A DNA stretch of 32,470 nt from Eledone cirrhosa (GCA_964016885.1 CAXHJY010001134.1:1-32470), one strand, 5' to 3'. Numbered from the stretch's first letter, positions 13,876-27,445 are shown. Notes: generated by a model from the sequence alone, not told the origin. Made by a program: numbers and translations.

Positions 13876-14556
13876 CTTAATATTTTTCTTTTTTCTTTTT
13901 TCTTTTTTCTTTTTTCTTTTTTCTTTTTTCTTTTTTCTTTTTTCTTTTTTCTTTTTTCTTTTTTCTTTTTCCTTTTTTCTTTTTCTTTTTATTTCTAAAT
14001 TTATAGATACATTTATAAATAGGCAGTTTGCTGACACCTTTAAATACTGACCTCTTTCCCCCCCCCCCACCTACTTTCTGTATCTAGATCTTAGTGTGTG
14101 TGGCAGTGTTTATGTGCGCGCATTAATGTCCATATGCTTATGATAATAGTATATACACATATATGTGTGTGGGTGTGTGTGTGTGTATGTATGTTCGTGG
14201 TTGTATGTATGTTTATGCGTATACGCGCGTGTGTGTGTGAATGTATGTATATGTGTGAGTATATGAATGTGTATATATTTATTTTTATATTTATATGTTT
14301 ATATGCGTATACGTATTTTATCTGTAGATTATAGACATACAGAGACATTAGCCCTGAATTTTTGTATTTACATACATCTTTTCGGCATGCGCATGCATGT
14401 GAACATATATATTTTTATGCATATCTGTGAACGAAGTTACTTACATATATACATACACCTAACTGTATAAACTTTTTGTGTTTTCATTGGTCAATTTGAA
14501 CTCTGTTCCCAAACAGACCTGTAATTTTGAATTGTTGTTATTATCAATAAATATAT

Positions 14557-14710
14557 TTCATTATTTCTGAAGACGGCATATATATGTGTTGGTATGTATA
14601 TTTAATTTTGATAGTTTGTATAATTTTGTATAATTTTGTACATAGATCTGTTGAATATGCATGCCAATTCTAACACATATATATCCTAGAAACGATCGTT
14701 AAATAATGAA
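14557..14710 (+). ncRNA. Type I hammerhead ribozyme with ~115-nt stem II
   Basis: Perfect 10-bp stem I UUCAUUAUUU/AAAUAAUGAA; CUGAAGA at 14567; GAAAC gauc GUU at 14689-14700 (palindromic ACGAUCGU); stem II arms AUAUAUAUGUGUU/AACACAUAUAUAU and GGUAUGUAUAUU/AAUAUGCAUGCC. Confidence 0.8.
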
Positions 14711-14907
14711 CTTTTTTTGTTTAATATAAGGAACTGTTTCATTGTTTTATTCATTATTTTTTTAATATTTTATCTTGACTCTGTATTCCGTTTATCTTTC
14801 ACCGAAAGTGATTTTTCATTGCATCTCTTCTTTCCATGATATCCGGATTACATTGAGTTCTTCATACGGATTGGACACTACCGTAAACTCTTGGTAGATT
14901 TATCTAC

Positions 14908-14939
<32 letters not shown>

Positions 14940-14961
14940 TTATATATATATATTATATATA

Positions 14962-15025
<64 letters not shown>

Positions 15026-15029
15026 AATA

Positions 15030-15074
<45 letters not shown>

Positions 15075-15102
15075 ATATATATTATATATATATATATATA
15101 TT

Positions 15103-15172
<70 letters not shown>

Positions 15173-15244
15173 CATATATATATGTATATTATATATATAT
15201 ATTACCGTGCTCCTTCTGTAGAGCATCTCACCTTATTTGCCATT

Positions 15245-17982
15245 ATGTTGGAGAACCAACCGTTACCCATGTCTCTCAAGTGTATCCCCTTACCCAGCAG
15301 AAAAACCTACCTTAAACTGCTTATAGACGCTACTAATTCGTTTATACGGAGAGTCAGATGGAAGGCATACCACCTGGATAAGAACACCCGTAACCTTCCT
15401 GAACCCAAAGAGAGGTATGGTTTCAAAACATACCGAAACCCACCGCACAACACCTTACTGGACTTATTTGAAGAGGACCTGCTGAAAATGATCAAAAACG
15501 TTAAGCTCAGAAAGAAACACCAATGCAGCAACCCATTCTTAACGTCCCTTGATACACTAATAACTAAGATCAAGAATGACCCGCACCTCTTCGTCACCTC
15601 CGACAAAACCAAAAAGCTGTACAAGATGGACGCGAGTGAGTATAAAAAATTCATCTATAAGGAACTACACAAAGACTACAAAATGACACCCTCTAGTATC
15701 CTAAATGACATAAATAGAGTAGGGAAGGATATAGTCACCAGCTTAGAAATAGAAAAGTACACCAACCCGTACGTCCCTCTGACGCCTAAATTCTCTCTTA
15801 AGGATCACAAATATGACTTTAATGAAAGCCCCTCTATTAGACTTATATGCCCCTCTACATCAGATATAGGTAAGATTAGTAAAGTGATCCTTGACAGAGT
15901 ACTACTCGAGCTTAATAGAAAGGCTAAGGTCTGCCTCTGGGGCAACACCGACCAGGTCATAAATTGGTTTACCGAGTTGACGGATAAAGACACCCTGAAA
16001 TTCATCCAGTTTGATATAGATAGCTACTACGCCTCTATCTCCCCCATACTCTTAAATAAGGCACTTATCTTAGCTAGATCTAACACTAGCCTCACTAAAA
16101 AAGAAATAGACATAATTCTAGCGGCACGTAGAACCATTATCCAGTTCGAAGGCTCCCACTGGACCAGAACCAACCGTCCTGATAACTTCGATGTCACGAT
16201 GGGGTCCAGCGACTCAGCGCAAGCAACCGACCTGGTTGGGATATACCTCCTACATAAGCTTAGGGAAGAAATACCGGCCCTACAAGGAGGTGTATATAGG
16301 GACGACGCCTTGTTTACCGTTAGGAACCATAGCCCCCGTAGGATAGAGAACCTTAACAAACATATACACAGGTTCTTTAAGTCATACGGCCTATCCGTAA
16401 CTATGGACCTCAACCACAGGGTTGTCAACTTCCTGGACGTGACCCTGGAGTTGAGTACGGGCTTATACAAGCCATACCATAAGCCTGGAGAGTGCCTCTC
16501 TTATATTAATTATGCCTCCAAGCACCCTAAGCAGACTCTCAACTCCATAGTCTATAGTATCTCACATAGAATCTCGAGACTATCCGCCAATGAGGATATC
16601 TTCAACCAAGCGGCTGATTACTACAATAGGGCCCTGATAAGCGCCGGCTTTAACCGAGTAATTTCCTACATCCCTAACGCTAGCTCTAGAAACCACCCCC
16701 CTCATAAAACTAACGTTATAGTAAGCCATACCTATAACCGATCACGCGGAGACCTCGGTAAAGTCGGATATAATAGAATAGATAACCGCACCAAAGATCA
16801 CGTCCCCGGCGACGGTGAATACTGTAGATTACTCAAACTATTCCCCTATTACAAAACCAACAAAGGCGACGGCCTACTACCAACGCCTCCCAACCAACAT
16901 CTTCGTGTACATAAACATGGAAGTGGTAGAAAGAGTGCACCCGAGCATAAAGTGAAAGGGGCACCGAACGGGCGACAGCGCATTAACACACATAAGAGCG
17001 ATCACTTAGATGGAACCACCCGTAGCAAAAGTACAAGGACACGTAATCGCCACCGTAACGTCCTAAGGTTCCACCCCCCCCCCCCTACTCTCGAAGTGTG
17101 GCCTCCAACATACCCCGGATATTCTTCGAAGCCTTAGAGAAGAACTTCCCACCCAACCATAGGTATAGAAAAATTCTTAATAGGAACAATATAAAAATAT
17201 CCTTATCTACTACTCCTAACCTAGCAGACATCATAGGAACAACGAACCACAGTAAGATCACCAAGACACAGCACCTCGACGCAGACGCACCTACACCTGA
17301 CAATAACTGTATCGGCCTTAACAACTCCCTGACAGCATCCAATAGTGTTGGCAACGGCATCCGCAGACGCAACCAGAATGACCGCGAAGTGACTGGGGAG
17401 CATGCAAAACATGGCGTGCGGAATAACAATCGCACCATCCCGCGTGCTGTGGGTTGTAATTGTGCTAACGACAGCTGCGGTAGCACAGCTAACAACGTAG
17501 GCAGCAACAATGATAGCCTTATCGTGGGAAATAGACGGAACAGCGACAGAAATTGCAACTGCCGCGACAGAGGACGGTGCCCCCTTAGAGGATACTGCTT
17601 GACCGATAGGGTTATATATAGATGCACTATTACTAGCCACAATAGCGTTAAACATTATATAGGGGCCACCTCCGGCCCGTTCAAAATTAGGTTTCGAACA
17701 CATCTCCACTCTTTCACAAATAGAAAACTAAGGCACTCCACCTCGCTCGCGGACTACATCACATCACTAAAGGACTTAAACATTAGCTTCTCCACGCACT
17801 GGGAGATTGTCGACAGGGCTGCACCGTACAACTTCAAGAGGAAATGCTATCTTTGCCTCATGGAGCTCTACCACATCATAACTGCACCCCACGAGCTCAT
17901 CAACAGCAGAGCTGAAAAAGCGATAAGTTGTACACATCGCTTAAAATTATCCTTCTTTAGATGGGTTAAGAATGGAGAGTGA
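15245..17982 (+). CDS. PLE reverse transcriptase - GIY-YIG endonuclease polyprotein, one frameshift in the C12 run at 17074-17085
   Basis: Likely start ATG 15245 (the upstream YIYI part of the track ORF is (TA)n). Motifs: [45 protein letters not shown]; after the shift [19 protein letters not shown]...HYIGAT, R-x3-H, CYLC..E, CTH. Confidence 0.95.
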
Positions 17983-18230
17983 AATAACACACTGGATCTC
18001 CCTGCAACAAGTCTTAACACCCCGGCGGGCAGGCGCAGCAAAACAACACCCAGAAAACGATCCCTGCATACCAAAAATTATCGGGGAAAGACTGCCCTAA
18101 CACCGGCCAAAGTTACCTCTCTTGACCTGCTGCAAAATCAAAACAAGATATTTTTGCGAGCGATGAATCTTGATGTCGATTTAACCCCCAAATCTCTTTC
18201 CAAACTATATAAGGAACACTTGTGACTGTT

Positions 18231-18275
18231 TATGCCCTTGAGAAGCCCAACTGGGCGAAACGTACGTAGGTGATA
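18231..18275 (+). ncRNA. Variant hammerhead ribozyme with U3:A8 core
   Basis: CC-UUGAGAA-GCCC aacu GGGC-GAAAC guac GUA-GG; palindromic stem III ACGUACGU; stem I weak. Confidence 0.7.
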
Positions 18276-18328
18276 TTTTCAATAAACATGTTTTAACGGT
18301 CTATTCTCCGATTTTTCACTTTCCCACG

Positions 18329-18368
<40 letters not shown>

Positions 18369-18528
18369 ATATTTATATATATTATATATATATATATTTA
18401 TATATATATATATTTATATATATTATATATATATATATTTATATATATATATATTATATATTTATATATATATATATTATATATTTATATATATATATAT
18501 ATTATATATTTATATATATATATATTAT

Positions 18529-18582
<54 letters not shown>

Positions 18583-18716
18583 ATATAATATATATATTTT
18601 AAATATATATATAATATATATATATATATAATATATATATATATATTATATATATAATATATATATATATTATATATATACTATATATATATATATTATA
18701 TATATATTAATATTAT

Positions 18717-18870
18717 ATATGTGTATATAAATACACACATACACATACATATACACATATATACATACGCACATAAATATCAACACATCCATACATACAC
18801 ATACATATATACAACCACACACACATATATACACACATACATACATATAGAAACCTAAATATATATATAC

Positions 18871-18955
<85 letters not shown>

Positions 18956-19152
18956 AACATACACATACACAAACATTGCCATACACACATATATATACAT
19001 ACATACATGCACACAATCATACATATATACACACGTACATACATATACATACATAAATGCACTCCTCTACATATTCACACACGCAAATAAATATAAGAAA
19101 AAATATATATAAAAAAATAAAAAAATAAAAAAATAAAAAAATAAAAAAATAA
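18717..19152 (-). repeat. Dispersed copy of the microsatellite-mosaic 3'UTR of element D
   Basis: Nearly base-for-base match to ~30271-30660, including unique anchors ACATAAATATCAACACATCC, GAAACCTAAAT and CACTCCTCTACATATTC. Confidence 0.9.
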
Positions 19153-19176
19153 TACATTAATATATATATATATTAT

Positions 19177-19245
<69 letters not shown>

Positions 19246-19252
19246 TATATAT

Positions 19253-19325
<73 letters not shown>

Positions 19326-19357
19326 TATATATATATTATATATATATATAATATATA

Positions 19358-19552
<195 letters not shown>

Positions 19553-19644
19553 ATATATTATATATATATATATATATTATATATATATATATATATTATA
19601 TATATATATATATATTATATATATATATATATTATATATATATA

Positions 19645-19992
<348 letters not shown>

Positions 19993-19993
19993 C

Positions 19994-20094
<101 letters not shown>

Positions 20095-20123
20095 CATATA
20101 TATATATTATACATATATATATG

Positions 20124-20182
<59 letters not shown>

Positions 20183-20686
20183 TATATATATATATTATAT
20201 ATACGATATTAAATAAATGGAAACTATATTTATAAAACCATATTTATTTCATTATATATATTTCAGGGATATCATATTAAAAATATGGTATGCCTTCATC
20301 AGACAAAATACAATATAAACAGTCTTATAAATAGATAGATTTGACATACCTTACAACTTCAACTTCCATTTAAAAAGTTGATTTGGTAGTGAAAAATGTT
20401 AGGGACAGTTATAAAAAGAAAGAAAGAAAGAAAGCGAAGAAAAAGAAGAAATGCATGCAACGAAAAACAGAGAGAGATAGATATAGAGAGATAGATAGAG
20501 AGAAGAAATTCATGTAAAGAAAAAACAGAGAGAGATAGATAGATATATATAAATATACTCCAAATACTTGTTGAGTGCTTTTATATCAGTTATAAATATT
20601 TACTCGTTGTAACCCAACAATTTAAATAAAACTTTGCATATATCTTGCTCCAATACTGTTGAGCGCTTTATATTATAACTGAAAAA

Positions 20687-22873
20687 ATGGAATTCTTTAA
20701 GATTTCTTCCTCTTTAAAAGACATACCTCTACCTAGAAACAAAGACTTTATTAAACAATTAATAGATAAATCGGACTCTTTTATAAGGAGAATCAGGTGG
20801 CGTGCATTCCACTTTGATAAATCTAATATAAATGAAAATGTCTCGGACTTAGACAAAGTTTTCAAATCTAAAAAAAATCCACCCCCCAACAAACTTTTAT
20901 TTGACTTTGAAAACGATATAATTTCTATCATACAAGGAGTCAAATTCAAGAGAAACTTCAAAGGCCAGGAATATCTGAAAGGCATTAAGGATAATATTGA
21001 GATCTTAGAGAAAACTGAGAAGATCTTGGTGAAATCTGACAAGACCAACAACCTCTATGGAGTGCAAAAAGACATGTATAATGGCCTCATACTGAAAGAA
21101 CTGAGGAAAAAGTACAAGGTAGCAGATAAAGCCGAGCTTGAGAAAATGAATGTTGAGGCATCTTGTATAATGCATGAGTTGGAAATTGAGAACAAAACAC
21201 AACCTTTCGTGCCCAGGAAACCGAAGATCAATATGAAAGATCACAAAAGAAATTTTGAAAATGACCTGCCAGTCAGATTGATTGCACCATCAAAATCTGA
21301 CCTGGGTAAACTTAGCAAAAACATTCTAGACAGGGTGATACAGCAAATTAAAAACTTGAATTGTTTACCTAACTTGAGCTTGTGGAAGGGAACTGGAGAG
21401 GTTATTGAGTGTTTTAAAGAAATTAAATATAACAATAATAATAAATTTATTCAACTAGATATTGCTAACTATTATTCACCCCTAATCTACTAAATAAGGC
21501 ACTAAATTACGCATTCAAACATACACACCTAACTAGCAATGAAATGCACATTATATTATCGGCTAGGAAAACATTGATAGAATTTAATAACCAACTATGG
21601 ACCAGAGCAGATAGAGATAACAATTTCGACATTACTATGGGATCATCCGACTCAGCTCAGGTAACTGACCTTGTGGGCCTATTTATAATCAATTCGCTGC
21701 ATAGGAAAATACCCGGTGCTACCGGAGGTTTATATAGAGATGACATGCTTTTACTTATTGAAAATAATAACTCTGAACTAAATAGAAAAAGAAAACAAAT
21801 TACACAATTTTTTAATTACTTTAATCTAAAAATAGAAATTGAGAATAACCATAGAATAGTCAATTTCCTAGATGTAACATTAAATCTCAACACATGTCTT
21901 CACTATCCATTTCACAAGTTGAATGAAAACTTAAACTATGTCAGTTTTAACTCTAACCACCCCAGATCTGTTAAAAATACTATAGTGAATCGACGAAAAA
22001 GCCCAGTATTACAATGAAGCGTTAGCTAGAGCAGGATATAGTGATAAAATTATGTACATAGATAATAATAGACAAACTAACCAAAATAACAACAATTTTA
22101 ATTACGGCAACAACTTTAACAACTATAATAGAAAGCATTACAATAATTCCAAAAGCCAAAAAAGAAATAGAACTAGGAATATAATATGGTTTGCCCCCCC
22201 CCCCCCTTTCTCACTAAACATTAAAACCCACATCGCTAAACAATTTTTTAATGCTCTTGATAATCGCTTCCCTAGAACACATAAGTATAACTCAATTTTC
22301 AATAGACATACTATAAAATTAACTTACTCATCCACCAAAAATTTAGCACAAAATATTAATAGAATAAATAATAGGAATTTAAAACCTAGCCAAAATACCG
22401 ATAATAGCATAAATAATATCCAAGTAAACAAATGTAACTGTAGAGATAGATCTAAATGTCCGTTAAATAACAATTGCTTAGTTAAAAATATAATATACAA
22501 CTGTAATGTTAAAACGGACTTAAATTCTTTTAACTATGTTGGTTCCACCTCGACAGAATTTAAACTTCGCTATAATAACCACAAGAATTCTTTCACAGAT
22601 CCAAGCAAAAAATCTTCAACATCACTATCAGGCTTACTCTGGCAACTTAAGCATGATAACGTTGGATATTCAACGGCTTGGAATATAGTCTCAAGAGGGA
22701 TTCCTTTTAATTCATCTTCTGAGACATGTGACCTCTGCGCGGAGGAGATATTCTTTATACTAAAATCCAAAAATTCCCTTAATTTACGGACAAATTTATT
22801 CAGTTGCTGCAGACATAGATTGAACTCAACTTTTAAATATAAATATAAATATAAATTTACTTATGATTTGTAA
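20687..22873 (+). pseudogene. PLE RT - GIY-YIG polyprotein broken by two frameshifting deletions (~21477 and ~21990)
   Basis: Track ORFs 20687-21493, 21544-22017 and 22052-22873 are collinear with element B: [59 protein letters not shown]...NYVGST, CDLC..E, CRH. About 16 aa (B: [16 protein letters not shown]) are missing at the second break. Confidence 0.93.
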
Positions 22874-24159
22874 TTATTTATGAAACTCGCCGATAAATCT
22901 TTCGATTTCTTTTTTTTAAACATTCTTCATGAATAATTAAACTACCCTAAAAGCTGATGCTCCAAATATATCGAATAAATTTTACACTAGATAAACTTCT
23001 ATAATAAATATAAGACCATCTGTAGATCAAATGGGTATCCTAAACTTTTGGAATGATTTCTGCTAGACAGGATTTGGTAAATAATTTTGGTTTTGTTTGC
23101 TTTTGATTCTGATGCTTATAATGAACTTGGCAATATATTGTCAATTAATTTTGAAGGGTTGATTTCTGTGGTTGATTTGCGGGGCATACTGTGTTTTATT
23201 TTTAATATTTTTTAATTTTTTAATATTTTTATTGATATATTGATATCTGTTGTCTATTTATGCTTGAACGATAATCATGTAGAGTAAAGACAAGAATAGT
23301 ATTGTTAAAATTAATGTAGATTCTATATATATTTGTGTGTATGTACACATATGTATACTAGAATTTTTATAGCACAATGAGAATGTTTTCATGTGAAATA
23401 GGAATTTGCAGAGTTGATCACGTAAATTCACATGGAAGTCTATAGTATCGAATCTGGGATAACCTTCTATTTTCTTTTTCTTTTTTCATGAAAGTGCATA
23501 TATACTTATGTATTTCAATTTTTTTTGAAGTTTTTTATCTCAGTTTTTTATCTCAGTTTTTTTTTAACTCAGTTCTGATTATAAACCTAGGAATTTTAAA
23601 CTAGACATATGATCATTATTTTTCACACATTATTGATACGTGTCTCATTCATGAATACTGATATTTACATTATAATACCTAATTCATACGAATTGATATT
23701 TTTAGATTGATGAAACATAATGTTTTAAATCTGCCTCGTTTATCTCTGGATATTTTTCTTTTCTCTCTATGTAACGGCTGTTTTCTCTCCTAACCACATA
23801 TATCTCTCTCTACCTTAATACTAGAACTAAATAAATAAATAAATAAATAAATATATCATTGATACGTCATTCAACTGGTGCCCAACTACCTATTTTCTTT
23901 CTCTCTATCTCTATCTATATCTATCTCTCTCTATTTTTTCTCTCTCTCTCTTCTCTCTCTCTCTCTCTATCTATCTCTCTATATCTATCTTTCTCTGTTT
24001 TTCGTTGCATGCATTTCTTCTTTTTCTTCGCTTTCTTTCTTTCTTTCTTTCTTTTTATAACTGTCCCTAACATTTTTCACTATCAAATCAACTTTTTAAA
24101 TGGAAGTTGAAGTTGTAAGGTATGTCAAATCTATCTATTTATAAGACTGTTTATATTGT

Positions 24160-24223
24160 ATTTTGTCTGATGAAGGCATACCATATTTTTAATATGATAT
24201 CCCTGAAATATATATAATGAAAT
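24160..24223 (+). ncRNA. Type I hammerhead ribozyme of element C (inverted copy at 20246-20309)
   Basis: AUUUUGU-CUGAUGA-AGG...CAUAUU uuu AAUAUG...CCU-GAAAU auau AUA-AUGAAAU; followed by AATAAA. Confidence 0.8.
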
Positions 24224-24359
24224 AAATATGGTTTTATAAATATAGTTTCCATTTATTTAATATCGTAAATATACTCCAAATATTTGTTGAGTGCTTTTAT
24301 ATCAGTTATAAATATTTACTCGTTGTAACCCAACAATTTAAATAAAACTTTGCATATAT

Positions 24360-24390
<31 letters not shown>

Positions 24391-24413
24391 ATATTATATA
24401 TATATATATATAT

Positions 24414-24446
<33 letters not shown>

Positions 24447-24495
24447 ATATTATATATATATATATTATATATATATATATATTTATATATATTAT

Positions 24496-24531
<36 letters not shown>

Positions 24532-24532
<1 letters not shown>

Positions 24533-25741
24533 GAATATAGACATAGAATATTCGAAAATATTCTGTATGTTTATAATAAACATTTTGAAGACCTAATCGC
24601 TATAGAATAGAATACGTCACGTATTACAATTAGATTCTCGATAAAAGCAAGGGAAGTAATCTACGCGTTTCATTCTTGTTAGAAATCATCAGGACTACAT
24701 ATCCAGTGCTTTTATCGAGATTGACACAGCTAGAGACTTATAGAATACTTAGCTGTGTACAGGAACTGGTTTGAAAGAGCGGTTGCCGGTCCGGCAGAAA
24801 TTAGAAATTGGAATAAATGCTCTGAAATAGCGATATATATGTGAATATAGACATAGAATATTCGAAAATATTCTGTATGTTTATAATAAACATTTTGAAG
24901 ACCTAATCGCTATAGAATAGAATACGTCACGTATTACAATTAGATTCTCGATAAAAGCAAGGGAAGTAATCTACGCGTTTCATTCTTGTTAGAAATCATC
25001 AGGACTACATATCCAGTGCTTTTATCGAGAATGACACAGCTAGAGACTTATAGAATACTTAGCTGTGTATGTCTATATTCACATATATATCGCTATTTCA
25101 GAGCATTTATTCCAATTTCTAATTTCTGCCGGACCGGCAACCGCTCTTTCAAACCAGTTCCTGTACACAGCTAAGTATTCTATAAGTCTCTAGCTGTGTC
25201 ATTCTCGATAAAAGCACTGGATATGTAGTCCTGATGATTTCTAACAAGAATGAAACGCGTAGATTACTTCCCTTGCTTTTATCGAGAATCTAATTGTAAT
25301 ACGTGACGTATTCTATTCTATAGCGATTAGGTCTTCAAAATGTTTATTATAAACATACAGAATATTTTCGAATATTCTATGTCTATATTCACATATATAT
25401 CGCTATTTCAGAGCATTTATTCCAATTTCTAATTTCTGCCGGACCGGCAACCGCTCTTTCAAACCAGTTCCTGTACACAGCTAAGTATTCTATAAGTCTC
25501 TAGCTGTGTCATTCTCGATAAAAGCACTGGATATGTAGTCCTGATGATTTCTAACAAGAATGAAACGCGTAGATTACTTCCCTTGCTTTTATCGAGAATC
25601 TAATTGTAATACGTGACGTATTCTATTCTATAGCGATTAGGTCTTCAAAATGTTTATTATAAACATACAGAATATTTTCGAATATTCTATGTCTATATTC
25701 ACATATATATCGCTATTTCAGAGCATTTATTCCAATTTCTA
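24532..25741 (+). mobile_element. Non-LTR retrozyme-like array: 310-bp units, ~1.7 inverted plus ~2.2 direct, one HHR per unit
   Basis: Period 310 (24532/24842; 25071/25381/25691); orientation switch at ~25069; flanked by (TA)n. Confidence 0.9.
25225..25267 (+). ncRNA. Type I hammerhead ribozyme (copies: 25535-25577 +; 24656-24698 and 24966-25008 -)
   Basis: GUAGUC-CUGAUGA-u-UUCU aaca AGAA-u-GAAAC gc GUA-GAUUAC; palindromic stem III ACGCGU. Confidence 0.88.
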
Positions 25742-25815
25742 TATATATATATATTATATATTTATATATATATATATATTATATATTTATATATATATAT
25801 ATATTATATATATAT

Positions 25816-25927
<112 letters not shown>

Positions 25928-26063
25928 TATTTTAAATATATATATAATATATATATATATATAATATATATATATATATTATATATATAATATCTATATA
26001 TATTATATATATATAATATATATATATATTATATATATATTAATATTATATATATATTATATA

Positions 26064-26108
<45 letters not shown>

Positions 26109-26574
26109 ATATATTATATATATATATATTATATATATATATATTATATATATATATAATATATATATATATAATATATATATATAATATATATATATAT
26201 AATATATATATATATTATATATATATATATAATATATATATATAATATATATATATATAATATATATATATAATATATATATATATATATTATATATATA
26301 TTATATATATATATATATTATATATATATTATATATATATATATATTATATATATATTATATATATATATTATATATATATATATTATATATATATATTA
26401 TATATATATATATATTATATATATATATATTATATATATATATATATTATATATATATTATATATATATATATATTATATATATATATAATATATATATA
26501 TATAATATATATATATATATTATATATATATTATATATATATATATATTATATATATATATAATATATATATAT

Positions 26575-27207
26575 ATATTGTTATACTTTGGGAGGGTCAT
26601 GTTGCCAATAAGAAACACACGCACCAGTTGCTTTCACTTCAATTTATTATATATTTATAAATTTATAAATTTACAAATCTACAAACCTATAAATTATAAA
26701 TTTCTGGTTGGTTGGTTGGTTGGTTGGTTCCACAACCAGATAGTTGTTTATATATATAGTCATAGTCCTTTCGTCACACACTCTGTGACCTCTTCAGTGA
26801 CTGGGGATTCCTTTCTTCGTTTCTGTGCCTTTTCTTTCTTCTATCCTACGCCATTTTGTTATATTATATAATGGCGTAGGATAGAAGAAAGAAAAGGCAC
26901 AGAAACGAAGAAAGGAATCCCCAGTTACTGAAGAGGTCACAGAGTGTGTGACGAAAGGACTATGACTATATATATAAACAACTATCTGGTTGTGGAACCA
27001 ACCAACCAACCAACCAACCAGAAATTTATAATTTATAGGTTTGTAGATTTGTAAATTTATAACTTTATAAATATATAATAAATTGAAGTGAAAGCAACTG
27101 GTGCGTGTGTTTCTTATTGGCAACATGACCCTCCCAAAGTATAACAATATCGGTTTCAACACACGATTTCAGATAAAGAATCTTGCTAAACAAATTCAGA
27201 AACGAAA
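26575..27207 (+). mobile_element. Fold-back pLTR-like insert: 281-bp inverted arms, 14-nt spacer, 57-bp tail
   Basis: 26575-26855 is the reverse complement of 26870-27150 with about two mismatches; HHR-like motif in each arm; flanked by (TA)n. Confidence 0.88.
26923..26967 (+). ncRNA. Hammerhead-like ribozyme with one extra G after the core (inverted copy 26758-26802)
   Basis: AGU(U/C)A-CUGAAGA-g-GUCACA gagug UGUGAC-GAAAG ga CUA-UGACU. Confidence 0.7.
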
Positions 27208-27251
27208 TATATATATATAATATATATATATAATATTTATATATATAATAT

Positions 27252-27285
<34 letters not shown>

Positions 27286-27291
27286 ATATAT

Positions 27292-27379
<88 letters not shown>

Positions 27380-27381
27380 AT

Positions 27382-27445
<64 letters not shown>

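Larger units (their letters stand above)
15205..18330 (+). mobile_element. Penelope-like (Naiad-like) retroelement B, near intact, inserted in (TA)n
   Basis: Single RT-EN polyprotein, 3' variant HHR, AATAAA at 18281, (TA)n on both sides. Confidence 0.95.
20202..24356 (+). mobile_element. Penelope-like (Naiad-like) retroelement C, full length and decayed, with 5' inverted pLTR and 3' tail
   Basis: 20202-~20500 is the reverse complement of ~23965-24267; 24267-24356 repeats the 5'UTR 20551-20640; RT-EN ORF between them; (TA)n on both sides. Confidence 0.95.

Noticed and set aside
14891-15244. N-terminal 118 aa of the 748-aa ORF
   Set aside because: Mostly flanking (TA)n; homology with A and C begins just after ATG 15245.
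15307-18074. Antisense ORFs over element B (and over A and C)
   Set aside because: Shadow frames of the RT-EN coding strand with no recognisable motifs.
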